The notes under the pieces are model-generated. The model ran no database searches and had not been told where the DNA came from. It saw nothing but the letters and a program-made list of their open reading frames with translations. This document shows, piece by piece, positions 12,076-23,471 of a stretch of 64,000 nt of DNA. The translations under genes were made by a program, and so were the position numbers. Position 1 is the first letter of the stretch, and every line of letters starts with the position of its first letter. Source of the DNA: Zootoca vivipara (lineage: Eukaryota); contig NC_083280.1 in assembly GCF_963506605.1 (NCBI RefSeq), forward strand, positions 56,358,001-56,422,000, in the 5' to 3' direction.

Positions 12076-12445
12076 AAAAGGTAAAGGTAAAGGACCCCTA
12101 TCAGTTAAGTCCAGTCGCGAACAGCTATGGGGTTGCGGCGCTCATCTCGCTTCACTGGCCGAGGAAGCCGATGTTTGTCTGCAGACAGTTTTTCCGGGTC
12201 ATGTGGCCAGCATGACTAAGCTGCTTCTGGCAAAACCAGAGCAGCGCACGGAAACGCTGTTTACCTTCCCACCGGAGCGGTACATATTTATCTACTTGCA
12301 CTTTGACGTGCTTTCGAACTGCTAGGTTGGCAGGAACTGGGACCAAGCAACAGGAGCTCCCCCTGTCGTGGAGATTTGAACCTCCGACCTTCCGATCGGC
12401 AAGCCCTAGGCTCAGTGGTTTAGACCACAGCGCCACCCATGTACC
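12076..12445 (-). mobile_element. Sauria SINE, full length
   Basis: AAAGGT-repeat tail, tRNA-like head; TSD TTGAGATA(C/T)TTCCTA (12061-12075, 12448-12462). Confidence 0.95.
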
Positions 12446-13560
12446 TTTTGAGATATTTCCTAGTGGTATGCTATTTAGATCCACAAAAATGAAGAGTTTA
12501 CATATTCTTCTCCAATGCCCTGATTTTTGTTTTTTGTTTTTTGAGGCAGGTGTTTTAGATGTTAAAAGAAAGTGTATGGCAAGCTTAGAGCAAATACTTT
12601 GCACATTATTTTCCAGCCACCTACATTCTTTTTTCCCTACTCTGAAACACAATCGTTCATTACATGCTAGCTCTTCTGCAGCACTCTTTAAACTACTATA
12701 GATAATACCACTGCAATAATTACACCATGAAGGGGAAATGAATAGGGTTCTTTTGGATACTGACAGGAGACAAAGTATGTATTCATATGAAATTTCAATG
12801 AAAGGAGAATTGCTGAAGCAGGGAAATGAAAAGATACGGGAGAGAAGAGGCAAACTTTGCTCCAAGCCACAGACAAAGTGATATATTACTTTAGAAGGGA
12901 TTAAGATCTATAGGGCCCAGCAGCTGAGACACTAGGTTAGGAAGTGTGTGTATGTGTTTGATTTCCATATGTCACCAAAGACTCACTGCATAATGTATGT
13001 GAAATGATCATATGCCTATGAGTTTGTCAATTAAGTCTCATGGCCACACTTCCAGTGTGCACACACCCTCTGGATGCCTGCACTCTAGAAAGTTCACTGT
13101 AAGTAAAGACCCCTGGCTCCATATAGTTTGCAGACTAAAAGCAACAGCAGCAAATACCGGTACTGGTGGTATTTGCTGGATTGATTTCCATTCCAGACAC
13201 AGGATGAATAAGTGAACATTGGCAATTTCGACTCCCGTTTCTATTTCTGTCGGAATTCTATGACATACCTAGTCAAATCCTGTGCATTTGCCAGTGTTAT
13301 CTATATTTGCCAAAGAATCCAGAGTGTTCCTGTTGGTCTCGCCACAATACTTGTTTGTTTGTGGATTTATCTGTTTATTTTTAATCATATCCTCAGGCTC
13401 TGTGGTCAGGTCACTTGCATTTGTCATATAACCTCTTGAAGAATTAAAGTTGGGTTTTCTGGGCATTTTCTTCTGGGATCATTTGTCCTAAATGCTTATA
13501 GTCAATTAATCTCTGATAATTTCATCTTTCAAAATTCTGTACTCCTTAAGTATACATTGC

Positions 13561-13855
13561 AGGAGCGTCTCCACCCCCATTGCTCAGCCCAGACACAGAG
13601 GTCCTCCTCCGAGGGTCTTCTGCTGGTTCCCTCAGTGCGAGAAGTGAAGTTACAAGGAACCAGGCAGAGGGCCTTCTTGGTAGTGGCGCCCTCCCTGTGG
13701 ATGTCAAGGAGATAAAGAACTATACAACTTTTAGAAGATATCTGAAGGCAGTCCTGTTTCAGGGAGTGTTTAATGTTTGATGGGTTTTTTTTAATGTTTT
13801 AATATATGCTGTAAGCCACCCAGAGTGACTGTAGAAACCCAGCCAAATTAGCAGG

Positions 13856-13902
<47 letters not shown>
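13561..13902 (+). mobile_element. L2 3' fragment with (TTA)n tail
   Basis: Homologous to 10520-10920. Confidence 0.88.
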
Positions 13903-13905
<3 letters not shown>

Positions 13906-13964
13906 TTGCAGTCTGGTAACAAAATGGTATATGACAGGGATGAGAACCAGTTACCATCCTGATG

Positions 13965-14135
13965 GCTTGTAGAGCACATGGCTCACATACAGGCTTGTCC
14001 CAGGTTCAATGCTCTGGTGTCCCCAGTAGAACTGGGAATGTTTCCTACCTGAAACCCTGAAGAGCTCATGACAGTCAACATAGATAATACTGAGCTAGAT
14101 TGGCCAATAGTATAAGCTAGCTTCTGATATTTCTA
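13965..14135 (+). mobile_element. tRNA-head, CR1-tailed squamate SINE (Squam3-like), diverged
   Basis: TAGAGCA..CCCAGGTTCAAT B-box, CTGAAACCCTG..ATACTGAGCTAGAT; paralogs at 27025, 29503, 47925, 55287, 57582. Confidence 0.65.
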
Positions 14136-14220
14136 TGTTGTTTGGTTGGTGAGCTGCTTTGGGAAGGCGGCAAACTTGAAAGGTGGCTTAGAAATTTTAA
14201 ATGAAGGTATGTTCTTCTTC

Positions 14221-14523
14221 TTGAGAGTCCCATGGACTGCAAGAAGATCAAACCTATCCATTCTGAAGGAAATCAGCCCCGAGTGCTCATTGGAAGGACA
14301 GCTCCTGAAGCTGAGGCTCCAATACTTTGGCCACCTCATGAGAAGAGAAGACTTCCTGGAAAAGACCCTGATGTTGGGAAAGATGGAGGGCACTAGGAGA
14401 AAGGGACGACAGAGGACGAGATGGTTGGACAGTGTTCTCGAGGCAGTGGAAGACAGGAGTGCCTGGTGTGCTATGGTCCATGGGGTCACGAAGAGTCGGA
14501 CACGACTAAACGACTAAACAACA
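14221..14523 (+). mobile_element. RTE-BovB 3' fragment
   Basis: LRVPWTARRSNLSILKEISPECSLEG..; (CAA) tail; 12-bp TSD ATGTTCTTCTTC; ~33-bp internal deletion relative to the 2219 copy. Confidence 0.95.
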
Positions 14524-16059
14524 ATGTTCTTCTTCAGATAGCAGACTCCCAGTAGAAACAATTCCCATCAGCAAGGTACTAGCGAACCTATGAAGCTATC
14601 GGTAGGAACACTTAGACACCTTTGCTGAGGGGAAAACACAAAGTGTCATACCAAAGGCACAAAACCTCAGAAATGGCACTGATGTACAGCATCTGCCATG
14701 AACAGTCCCCACAGTACTGAGATAAAAGATCACGAAAACAATAAAGCAAATGAAAAAGGATGGCACGGTGACAAAGTGACAGGCAGCTGCAGCAGAAAAA
14801 CCCAAGAAACACTGTATTTATTTGCATACACTCAAGAAATTTAAGCATGGGTATTAAGAGTTCTCTCCCAGGTGCCTACTACAGAAGAGATCTTACCTGG
14901 TTTTGTCAAGACAAAGGTATTTTCTCAAAGGGTGAGTAGCGGCAAATTTCAACAGATGAAAGCAGTCCCCCCCCCCACTGGTTTCTGGACCTCAGAAGGC
15001 CCTTACAGATCTCACAGGATGCATTTTGGGATGAAATCCATGGGACAGCAACAACAGGGTGCATTCTCAGCTCTCAATGGAGTGAGTAGGCATGCATTGC
15101 ACTATGCAGCTGTTTTTATATGTTCTTTATTATATTGTAAATCACTTTGGAGTACCTCATGGGAAACAAATCATAAATGGAATTGGTAATAGTAATGATG
15201 GTGGTGCCTTGAAAAGGATAGCATTCATAAATCTTATTTAGAAGTTTTGTTTGTTTCCAAAGAGTATGGGACTAGCAGATCACTCCCTTCATGAATTACT
15301 GGCATATGGGGTGGGGAACCTGCTAAAGAAAATGTCTGTCTATCTGTCTGTCTGTCTGTCTGTCTGACTACTGGTGTAAACAAATACCTTTCACTGCCGT
15401 CATGACTGTGCACTGACTTGTGTTCAGAAACACATGTTCCTTGGTAGCACGGCTCTTGAATTATTGAAAGCTGAAGTTGCAGAAAAAGCTGCAGATCAGC
15501 TGGGACGCAAATGGAGCAATGCTAAAGCCCCCTATGGCAGGCATGCTAAAGAGCTGTAGAGCTGCATGATGGAGAAAGAGTAAGAAGAATTATTTCCTCA
15601 GGACAGGACATGTCCTTGGATAAATAGGAACTTGCATAGGGAAGATAAATCCCCTCAACATACCGTTGAGGTTAATGGACACATATATCAACTAAACTGC
15701 AAATTAATTCATTTGGTGGCTCATCAAGCAACCTCAGACACCCCAGGTGTGTCCGAAGGTAGGAGACACAATCCTTCAACTACCCACCATTCTGACCAAA
15801 ATCCACAACCTACTTGGCATTCTTTTTGTAAACTTCTTTGAGAGTTCCCCCCCAATCAAGTGATATATAAATTTTATGAAATAAATAAATAAGAAAAGTC
15901 AACTGTACACACAATTCCACAGCCAATACAGAACAGTAGAGCATAGCTGAATGACAAGAAAAACACAACTATAGATCTAGGTCTGTGAATCAAAGACAAG
16001 TTGCACAGTCAGCCCACTAAATGATCTGTAGCATAGCATTTTCAATGGTACCTCGGGTG

Positions 16060-16194
16060 CAGTGGTACCTCAGATTAAGAACTTAATTCGTTCTGGAGGT
16101 CCGTTCTAAACCTGAAACTGTTCTTAACCCGAGGTACTATTTCTGGGTTAGCGGAGTCTGTAACCTGAAGCGTCTGTAACCTGAGGTACCACTG
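16060..16194. mobile_element. Tigger-like MITE, internally deleted, with a duplicated left TIR (16043-16059)
   Basis: CAGTGGTACCTC...GAGGTACCACTG-TA; matches the 8284 copy. Confidence 0.85.
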
Positions 16195-17584
16195 TACAAC
16201 TCGAGTCATTGTAACAACATAGAAAGTTGCCTTATGTTGAATCAGATCTGAGATCTTTTTTCATGAAAAGCAGATAGCCTACCACTAAGATCCTCCTCCA
16301 AAGCATTTGTATTCTCTTGAATAATTGTGACAATGCACACTCTGGAACTGGCTGAAAGAAATGCTCTTTTTTTGTCATGTTCACAGAGCCAGTAGACTCA
16401 GAAAAGCAGTTTTCACACCCAGTCTATGCCTTATTCCTTATGTGATCTAGGTTGTGTGTGTAAGATTTAGTGTAAAAGCTACCATCCTTGGCTGGTGTTG
16501 TCCTTGGTTGGGCCATGGAACCTACAGGGACCAGACCAAAAGAAAAGCAGAGAAAAGAATTGGCATAGATTTAAGCCTGAGTACCATCCTCTCAGTTTTA
16601 AAAGACCTGTGTGAAATATCCACCTGGATGAAACCAAGATTACATCAAAGTTCTGTGATCCTCTTAAAAGAACCTGAGAGTGAACCCTAAGCTGAAATAC
16701 ATCCAAATTCTCTATTGATTACTTTTCATTGACTTAACTGGATATCCTGTTGAGTTCACAGAGCCTAATTGTGCAAATCACTATTCGGTAATCTAGAGGG
16801 ATTCACAAGGAAGTAGGCCCAGATACAAAATTCATTGAAATTCATAGATGTCTTCCACCGTCTTCATAGGTCAGGCCTTCAGCTGGGAGTATTTTCCTGA
16901 GAAAAGGCAAGCTGTTCCTTTTCTTTTTTCATGTACTATACTTGAATGTGTTATTTTATTTAAGGGCAAGTTTAAGTCAAGGGAAAGAGATGGGAGGAGG
17001 GGAGGAAGAAATGAATATTTTTTTAAAAAGAAAGAGAGGTGTAGAACAAAAATAGCACTCTTAAATGTGTGCTTTCTTGGAATGTTTCCAAATGACTGTA
17101 AACTCTCTCAAGGTTTTGAGATGCAGAAAAATAGGGCTGTTTATGCCCTCCATTGCTCTTTTATGATGTGCAGAGACAGCCTCGTAAAGATTGTTGTTCT
17201 TTTGTAATGATTCATCTATTTTTTTCCCCTTCCAAAGTATTTGGCAACCGCTGGAGGTCCTGGAGCAGGGCCATCTATGAAGCTTGAACTCCAGCTCTCC
17301 AGAGTCCTAGTACTATGCAACACAGAGTTTTAAACTGGAGAAACGTTCAGACAGAGATTCGACTCCTTAGTGTCATATTGTATTGACACATGATAGTCAG
17401 TTGAATTTATGAAAATAAGAGATTGTGAAGATGAGCGCTAATGGAGTTAGTCCTTTAAAACGGATCAAAGCACTGACTCAACTGCAGATGCAAACACTGT
17501 GGATTCACCTCAGCTGCTAAATGTTTGGCATAACATTCAAATCGACTCCGCATAAATACATTTTTAAAATTAACATTTTCTTGT

Positions 17585-17850
17585 ATTTATAGCCCACCTT
17601 TCTTCCATTCATTGATCCCAGCGTGGTATAGATGTGGTTCTGGGGTTATAATAATAATAATTTATTATTTATACCCCGCCCATCTGGCCGGGTCTCCCCA
17701 GCCACTCTGGGCGGCTTCCAACAAAAAAATGAAACACAATAATCTATTAAACATTAAAAGCTTAAAAGGTTGTCTTCCATTCAGTCACTGGCCAGACCCA
17801 GACTTGCTTAAGTTCAGAAATGTAATGGCTTCATGTGCCTCCAGACCATA
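17585..17850 (-). mobile_element. Putative 5S rRNA-derived SINE3 interrupted by an L2 tail (about 17647-17765)
   Basis: GTCTTCCATTCAGTCACTGGCCAGACCCAGACTTGCTTAAGTTC resembles antisense 5S rRNA; similar relic at 23945-24040; L2 tail matches 10329-10460. Confidence 0.5.
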
Positions 17851-17902
17851 CACATCCTTTCATTTACTTATTTATTTCATAAAATTTATATACTGCTTGA
17901 TT

Positions 17903-17940
<38 letters not shown>

Positions 17941-18017
17941 ACAAAACCCTAAACGTGGTTCATCCATCTACCATCCAAAATAATATAATTATTTTGCTGA
18001 AACAAAACAGTTCCTTA

Positions 18018-18252
18018 CCGTGTTTCTCATATTATAAGACATGTCTTATATTTATTTTTTCCTCAAAAAAACACACTATGACTTATTTTCAAGGGGTGTC
18101 TTATTTTTTTCCTCCTCCTCCTGCCGCGGCCGGCATTGCTGCTGCGCCTATCACTATGTCTTATTTTCGGGGTATGGCTTATATTCCTTGAATGCTTAAA
18201 AATCCTGCTATGGCTTATTTTATGGGTATGTCTTAAAATATGAGAAACAGGG
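18018..18252. mobile_element. Tc1/mariner (pogo/Tigger-type) MITE with CCG-type ends
   Basis: TA-CCGTGTTTCTCATATT...AATATGAGAAACAGGG-TA; repeated GTCTTATTTT subterminal motifs. Confidence 0.9.
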
Positions 18253-18763
18253 TAGATTGCAAAGGCGCAGCTCAATTCTGTTCACCAGTAAGCATCATTA
18301 TGTGCAGTGGGGCTTACTCCTTATTCCGCAGGTTTAGGATTTACAACAAATAGCACGATACAGTGTGTGTCGACTATGAAGTTGAGCCCCTTTGAGTCCA
18401 ATGGAATTTATATTCTTGACAATTGCATACAGGATTGCAACCTTTATTTATATACGGACCACATCAGATGATCACTTGTGATGTTTATCCAAATGCAACT
18501 TCTCTGAACAGATTCAGATGCCCATGTCATTCATATGAATGGTTGTGATTATCATATGATAGTCTGATTATCGGGTGTTTTTATCATGCTGTGACTCACC
18601 AAAAAGTAATCCTTTGTTCTCCTAAAAGAGGAACAAATTTTCCTATGGTGGAGATGGTCTTGGGGTTTGGGGGTTGTTGGTGTTGTTGTTGTTTTCAATA
18701 AATGCTCTGTTTATTTATTTCATTCTATTTATGAATCACTTCCTATAAAAACAGCTTGAAATA

Positions 18764-18768
<5 letters not shown>

Positions 18769-18829
<61 letters not shown>
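18769..18829. repeat. (AT)n microsatellite
   Basis: Perfect run of about 30 units. Confidence 0.95.
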
Positions 18830-18830
<1 letters not shown>

Positions 18831-20339
18831 CCAATTTCAAATCTAATACAGATATGTGAGCAATATTCCCATAGGCTCCTTGGGGGCTGTGGTGGTGATG
18901 GGAATAGGGAATAGGGAAGAGATGTTTGAGAAACGTAATGTGCCGAGTAGTTAAAGCAATGTGTGTCACCTTTTTTCTTTTGTAAGGAGCAAAAGGAATA
19001 CCTGATAGCAAACAGTAACAAAGTCTCTGTTCCATCTCTCCAGTGACTATCTTCTGGGGTGGAAGCAGGTGAGTGGAATCTGTTCATGAGGCCTTGGAGA
19101 GGTATAATGAGAAGCATCTGCACTGCTGGTTTTAGCCCTTTTCATGAATTAGGCTCCAAATGTTCAAATACAAAGAGGAGAGATGCACCTATTTTCATTG
19201 CCCTTTCCAGCTCTGTCCTCAGACTTTCGCATATTGGGCTAAAGTTCTGATGAGGAATCTGTACACATCCTGCTAAATGCACATAGAATCCTCCATGCAA
19301 CCGGGTGCAAGTGGGATGATAGCTCTGACTCATGTGGCCCATGTTCAGCTGATTGGGCGGAGGTTTCCTCTCTGTGCATAGGGGTCTTGGGGTGAGGACA
19401 GCAGCAGACAGTAGGGACACAACAGTGGAACACTCTGCAGAGGACCTTCTTCTGTTCTGAATGCAAGCTCGAAGTCACCTTGAGCTACTGTATTTCATTC
19501 ATCCTGAATGGTATACACATTTACATGTAACAAATAAGCTAATAAAGCCTGGAAGTTCTGAAAAACATTAATAAGAAATGAAACTGCGGGTTGGATTCCC
19601 CTAATGAGCCACATCAGCAAAAGCCCAGCACAATTACATCCACTTGTGCAATGGGGCTATCCCTCCTCTTCTCCTCCATGCAGCCCCATCACCCCCAGAA
19701 TTGGCTCTGGGGGGATTGAGAGAACCCCCAAAACAGCACACAGAGGGTGGAGAAGGGGGGAATCATTCCATATGACAAGCTCCAGTGACTGCAGAGATGA
19801 AACATTTGTCAGAGCACAATTCTGCCCTTTATAGTGTGCTTCTGCATAATAAAGCTTCCTTCTTCAACACAAAATACTTGGAAAAGAGTATTCATAGGAA
19901 TATTCATAGGAATTCATAGGAAGATACATATTCCAGATATGCTCAAAAACACGAACAGTTCTAACACATGCCAAAATGTTTTCTTCCATTGTAGAAATCA
20001 GCTGTGAAAGTATCAGTATGAAACAGTCCTTTTAAAAAATAAAATAAAATCCATTTATCATCCAATTTTTGTGATGTTGCTTTATCAGCCTGTTTCCCAA
20101 GCTTACTTGTGTATGAATGTATTGCTGCTTCGAGATTAGAAATATTTGTTCTGTTTTAATATTCTTATTTTTCACTTGTTGAAACTGTTGAAATTCACTT
20201 GTTGAAATTGCATTTACAGTCTTCAATTTTTTATTTTCAAAAATGGAGAAAGTAAGAGGACGGTGATAAGAAAAGGGTATGTCTGCTGACACAGATTCAA
20301 GAAGATTAGATATTTTTATGCATTCAATTTCGATTTGAG

Positions 20340-20560
20340 GGAAATAATAGCTCACTCACACTTAGGGGGAAAGGAAGGCGTTCCAACGAGGAAATCCTAT
20401 ATGGTCAATTCTGCTCTGGATAATGCGAAAAAGATGAGAGCTGAAAACACTAAAGATTATCTTCCGATGACATCAGCATGGCGAATGAAAAGCTATAAGA
20501 CATGGGATGGCAGACTGGATCTCACCAGCAAGCTCTACCAAGAATATATATTCTAGACAC
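20340..20560 (+). mobile_element. Decayed RTE-like ORF2 3' relic
   Basis: Translates to EILYGQFCSG, similar to the RTE motif K.ILYG.L..G.R. Confidence 0.3.
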
Positions 20561-20651
20561 AAAATGTGCAGTTCAGAAACTGCTCATGTCCAGTCAGAAA
20601 AATGTAGAGATGCAGAAGAAGGCACATTTGGTGTATGTGTTTAATGATTTT

Positions 20652-20862
20652 TATTTATTTATTGCATTTATACCCTACATTTTTCCTCCGAAGAGCTCTA
20701 GGTGGCATGCACTGTTCTGCCCCTCCTCATTTAATTCCCACCACAAACCTGTGAGGTAAGGATAGCTGAGAGGCAGCGACTGATCCACAGCCACCCAGTG
20801 AGCTGCATGGGCAATTGTGGTTTGAAACCTGGTTTCCCAGGTCCTAGTCCAGCGCTCTAACC
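20652..20862 (-). mobile_element. MIR/CORE-like squamate SINE2
   Basis: CCTGTGAGGTA..GCCACCCAGTGAGCT..CCCAGGTCCTAGTCCAGCGCTCTAACCA; paralogs at 29055-29200 and 36860-37655; an inverted 3' piece follows at 20863-20945. Confidence 0.7.
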
Positions 20863-21690
20863 AGGATAAAATGGAGATAGGGAAAACCATGTAGATGGCA
20901 CCTTAAACTTTCTGGAGGAAAGGTGGGATATAAATGTAATCAATTTATTTACTAATGCAGCCTTTAAAACAGTTTAAAACAAATTACAATCACAGCTACA
21001 GTGGGTTCAAGAAATTTATATCTCAAGTGTCAAAGATAAAGAGGTGCATCTTTAACATACAACCCAAGTTGTACAATGAAGATGTCAAAGGTTGCCTCTG
21101 TGGGGAATAGCGACATAATACCGGTAGGTACAGAGTAAAAGACCCCTGCAAAGCTTTGAGCTTTATAACCTCAACGGCTTCAAACTGCTGACTGAGGGTT
21201 TTTTTTCAGTCTTTTCAAAAAAGTTCGGTTGTTGCTACTTGAAAGTGTTAGCATACTGTTAAAAATTATATTCACTCCATTAATTCAGTTTATAAAATAT
21301 GCAGTTCGCTGTGGCTTTGAATAACTGGGAAACCTACGACGGCCTTCAAGAGTTCTAGCTTACAGATCATTCAGATTTCAAGTCTGAGGGGTTGCATGGG
21401 TGTACAACATCTACACAGCTATTTAATAATAACAATAATAATTTCCTTGCTAGGTTTCCAGTGGAGCAAGGCCAATATTTCAGTCAAAGCAAAGCAAAAC
21501 AAAATGTTACCTACTATAAATACAATCTCAACTGAGAAATTTCCAGCATTTAAACAGCCTCCTACCCAGTGTTCGCTGACCCGCAGTGGGTCCCCAGGGT
21601 TTCATACATGTGTCTTTTCCAGCCCTACCTAAGGATGCGAAGAATTGAACCCGAGACCTCAGGTGCTCTGCCACTGAGCTTCCCCTAAGC

Positions 21691-21826
21691 CAGGCATCCC
21701 CAAACTGTGGCCCTCCAGGTGTTTTGGCCTACAACTCCCATGATCCCTAGCTAACAGGACCAGTGGTCAGGGATGATGGGAATTGTAGTCCAAAACATCT
21801 GGAGAGCCGAAGTTTGGGGGTGCCTG
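21691..21826. mobile_element. 136-bp hAT MITE
   Basis: TIR CAGGCATCCCCAAACT; TSD CCCTAAGC/TCCTAAGC; sits at the head of a SINE relic. Confidence 0.92.
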
Positions 21827-22257
21827 TCCTAAGCCATAGCCCTTTCCCTACTCTAATGCAAACATCTGGAGAGCATCCCGTGTGCTGCCTCTGCTCAACG
21901 GCATAATAAGAATTTGAGTAAAGCATGTAACTTAATGAAGCTCATTATACACAACACCAGTGTTTTCTCATGCAAACATCTGCATTGTTATTCTAGAGCA
22001 TGATTTTATTTGGGTATCTGCTACCTTTAGTAGTCCTAGGCAGTTCACTACCTAAGGAATGCAAGACCAAATGGAGACCAAATGGAGGCTAGAAGAGAGG
22101 GCAAGCAGAGGTGATGAGACAAACATTCAGCGTCTAGTTTCATTATAACTGTCTGAGGTGTCTGCCTGCTCCATAAATAGAAGAAAGCAGACCTCTCATT
22201 TCATTTCATTCATGTGGTTTAAGAGACAACAGGCCTCACCAGCTGCAACACAAGATA

Positions 22258-22258
<1 letters not shown>

Positions 22259-22307
<49 letters not shown>
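22259..22307. repeat. (CA)n microsatellite
   Basis: Perfect run. Confidence 0.95.
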
Positions 22308-22308
<1 letters not shown>

Positions 22309-23011
22309 ATGAAACAGGATTCTTTTATCTCCCTCTTAGGAAATGAAAATATGGACAAGTTTGCTTTTCGAGGCTGCAGAAAGCCACAGAAATGTGAAAG
22401 GCACTTACATAAATAATATTCACATTTATTTCCCGCCATGTCTATATTTACCTTTACTTGCCACTTTCAGTAGCATAAAACGAAGCATTTCTAGTTTGTC
22501 ACAAACGGGCCTTTTATTAAAGGCCAGAGTTGAAATACCTTTGTAACAGTTCTTCCTATCAATAAACAAGCAAGCTTTGCACTATACAATCCAGACTTTG
22601 TCACATTTAGGGTTAGCAAGCTCGTAACCTCATGTTTGGGCCAGATGGTTTGCATTAGAATGGGCACCTTAAGAATAAACACTGCTCTCTGCCTGGAAAC
22701 TCATTTGATACATCTTGCCAGACAATGTACAGAAAAAGCAATGGCATGTAGGCTGCTCAGGAAAATTAAATTTGCTAAAACTTAAAGGGCCTTCTTTGTC
22801 CTTCGGTTTGTCCTTCAGTTAAAGCTAATGTTTTCTGGTTGGGCCAGTCCAATTAACCTGTGGCTATATCCAGCACTCACTATGCAGATTGACAACGACA
22901 AAAACTGAGTAGCCCAACACAGCTGGGTAAAAGTATGTTAAAAACTGCACCACTGATTGAAATGCCCCGAGAAATAGCTACAAATCATGAGCACTCTTAT
23001 AGAGTGCTGAA

Positions 23012-23471
23012 GGGACGTGGGTGATGCTGTGGGTTAAACCACAGAGCCTAGGGCTTGCCAATCAGAAGGTTGGCGGTTCGAATCCCCGCGACAGGGTGAG
23101 CTCCTGGGTGACCTTGGGCTAGTCACACTTCTTTGAAGTCTCTCAGCCCCACTCACCCACTTAGCCGCTTTGAGACTCCTTCGGGTTGTGATAAAGCGGG
23201 ATATCAAATCCAAACTCTTCTTCTTCTTCTCCCATTGCTCAGTCCCAGCTCCTGCCAACCTAGCAGTTCAAAAACACCTCAAAGTCCAAGTAGATAAATA
23301 GGTACCGCTACACCGGGAAGGTAAACGGCGTTTCCGTGTGCTGCTCTGGTTCACCAGAAGCGGCTTTGTCATGCTGGCCACATGACCTGGAAGCTGTACG
23401 CTGGCTCCCTCGGCCAATAATGCGAGATGAGCGCCGCTCATCTAATGGTCAGGGGTCCCTTTACCCTTTAC
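23012..23471 (+). mobile_element. Sauria SINE with a nested foreign SINE 3' fragment (about 23106-23229)
   Basis: GGGACGTGGGTG head, GGTTCGAATCC B-box, CCTTTACC tail; TSD CTTATAGAGTGCT; insert ends in (CTT)n. Confidence 0.92.

Noticed and set aside
12152-12865. 237-aa minus-strand ORF
   Set aside because: Runs from unique DNA into a Sauria SINE; chance ORF
23012-23090. tRNA-like A/B boxes
   Set aside because: Sauria SINE head, not a tRNA gene
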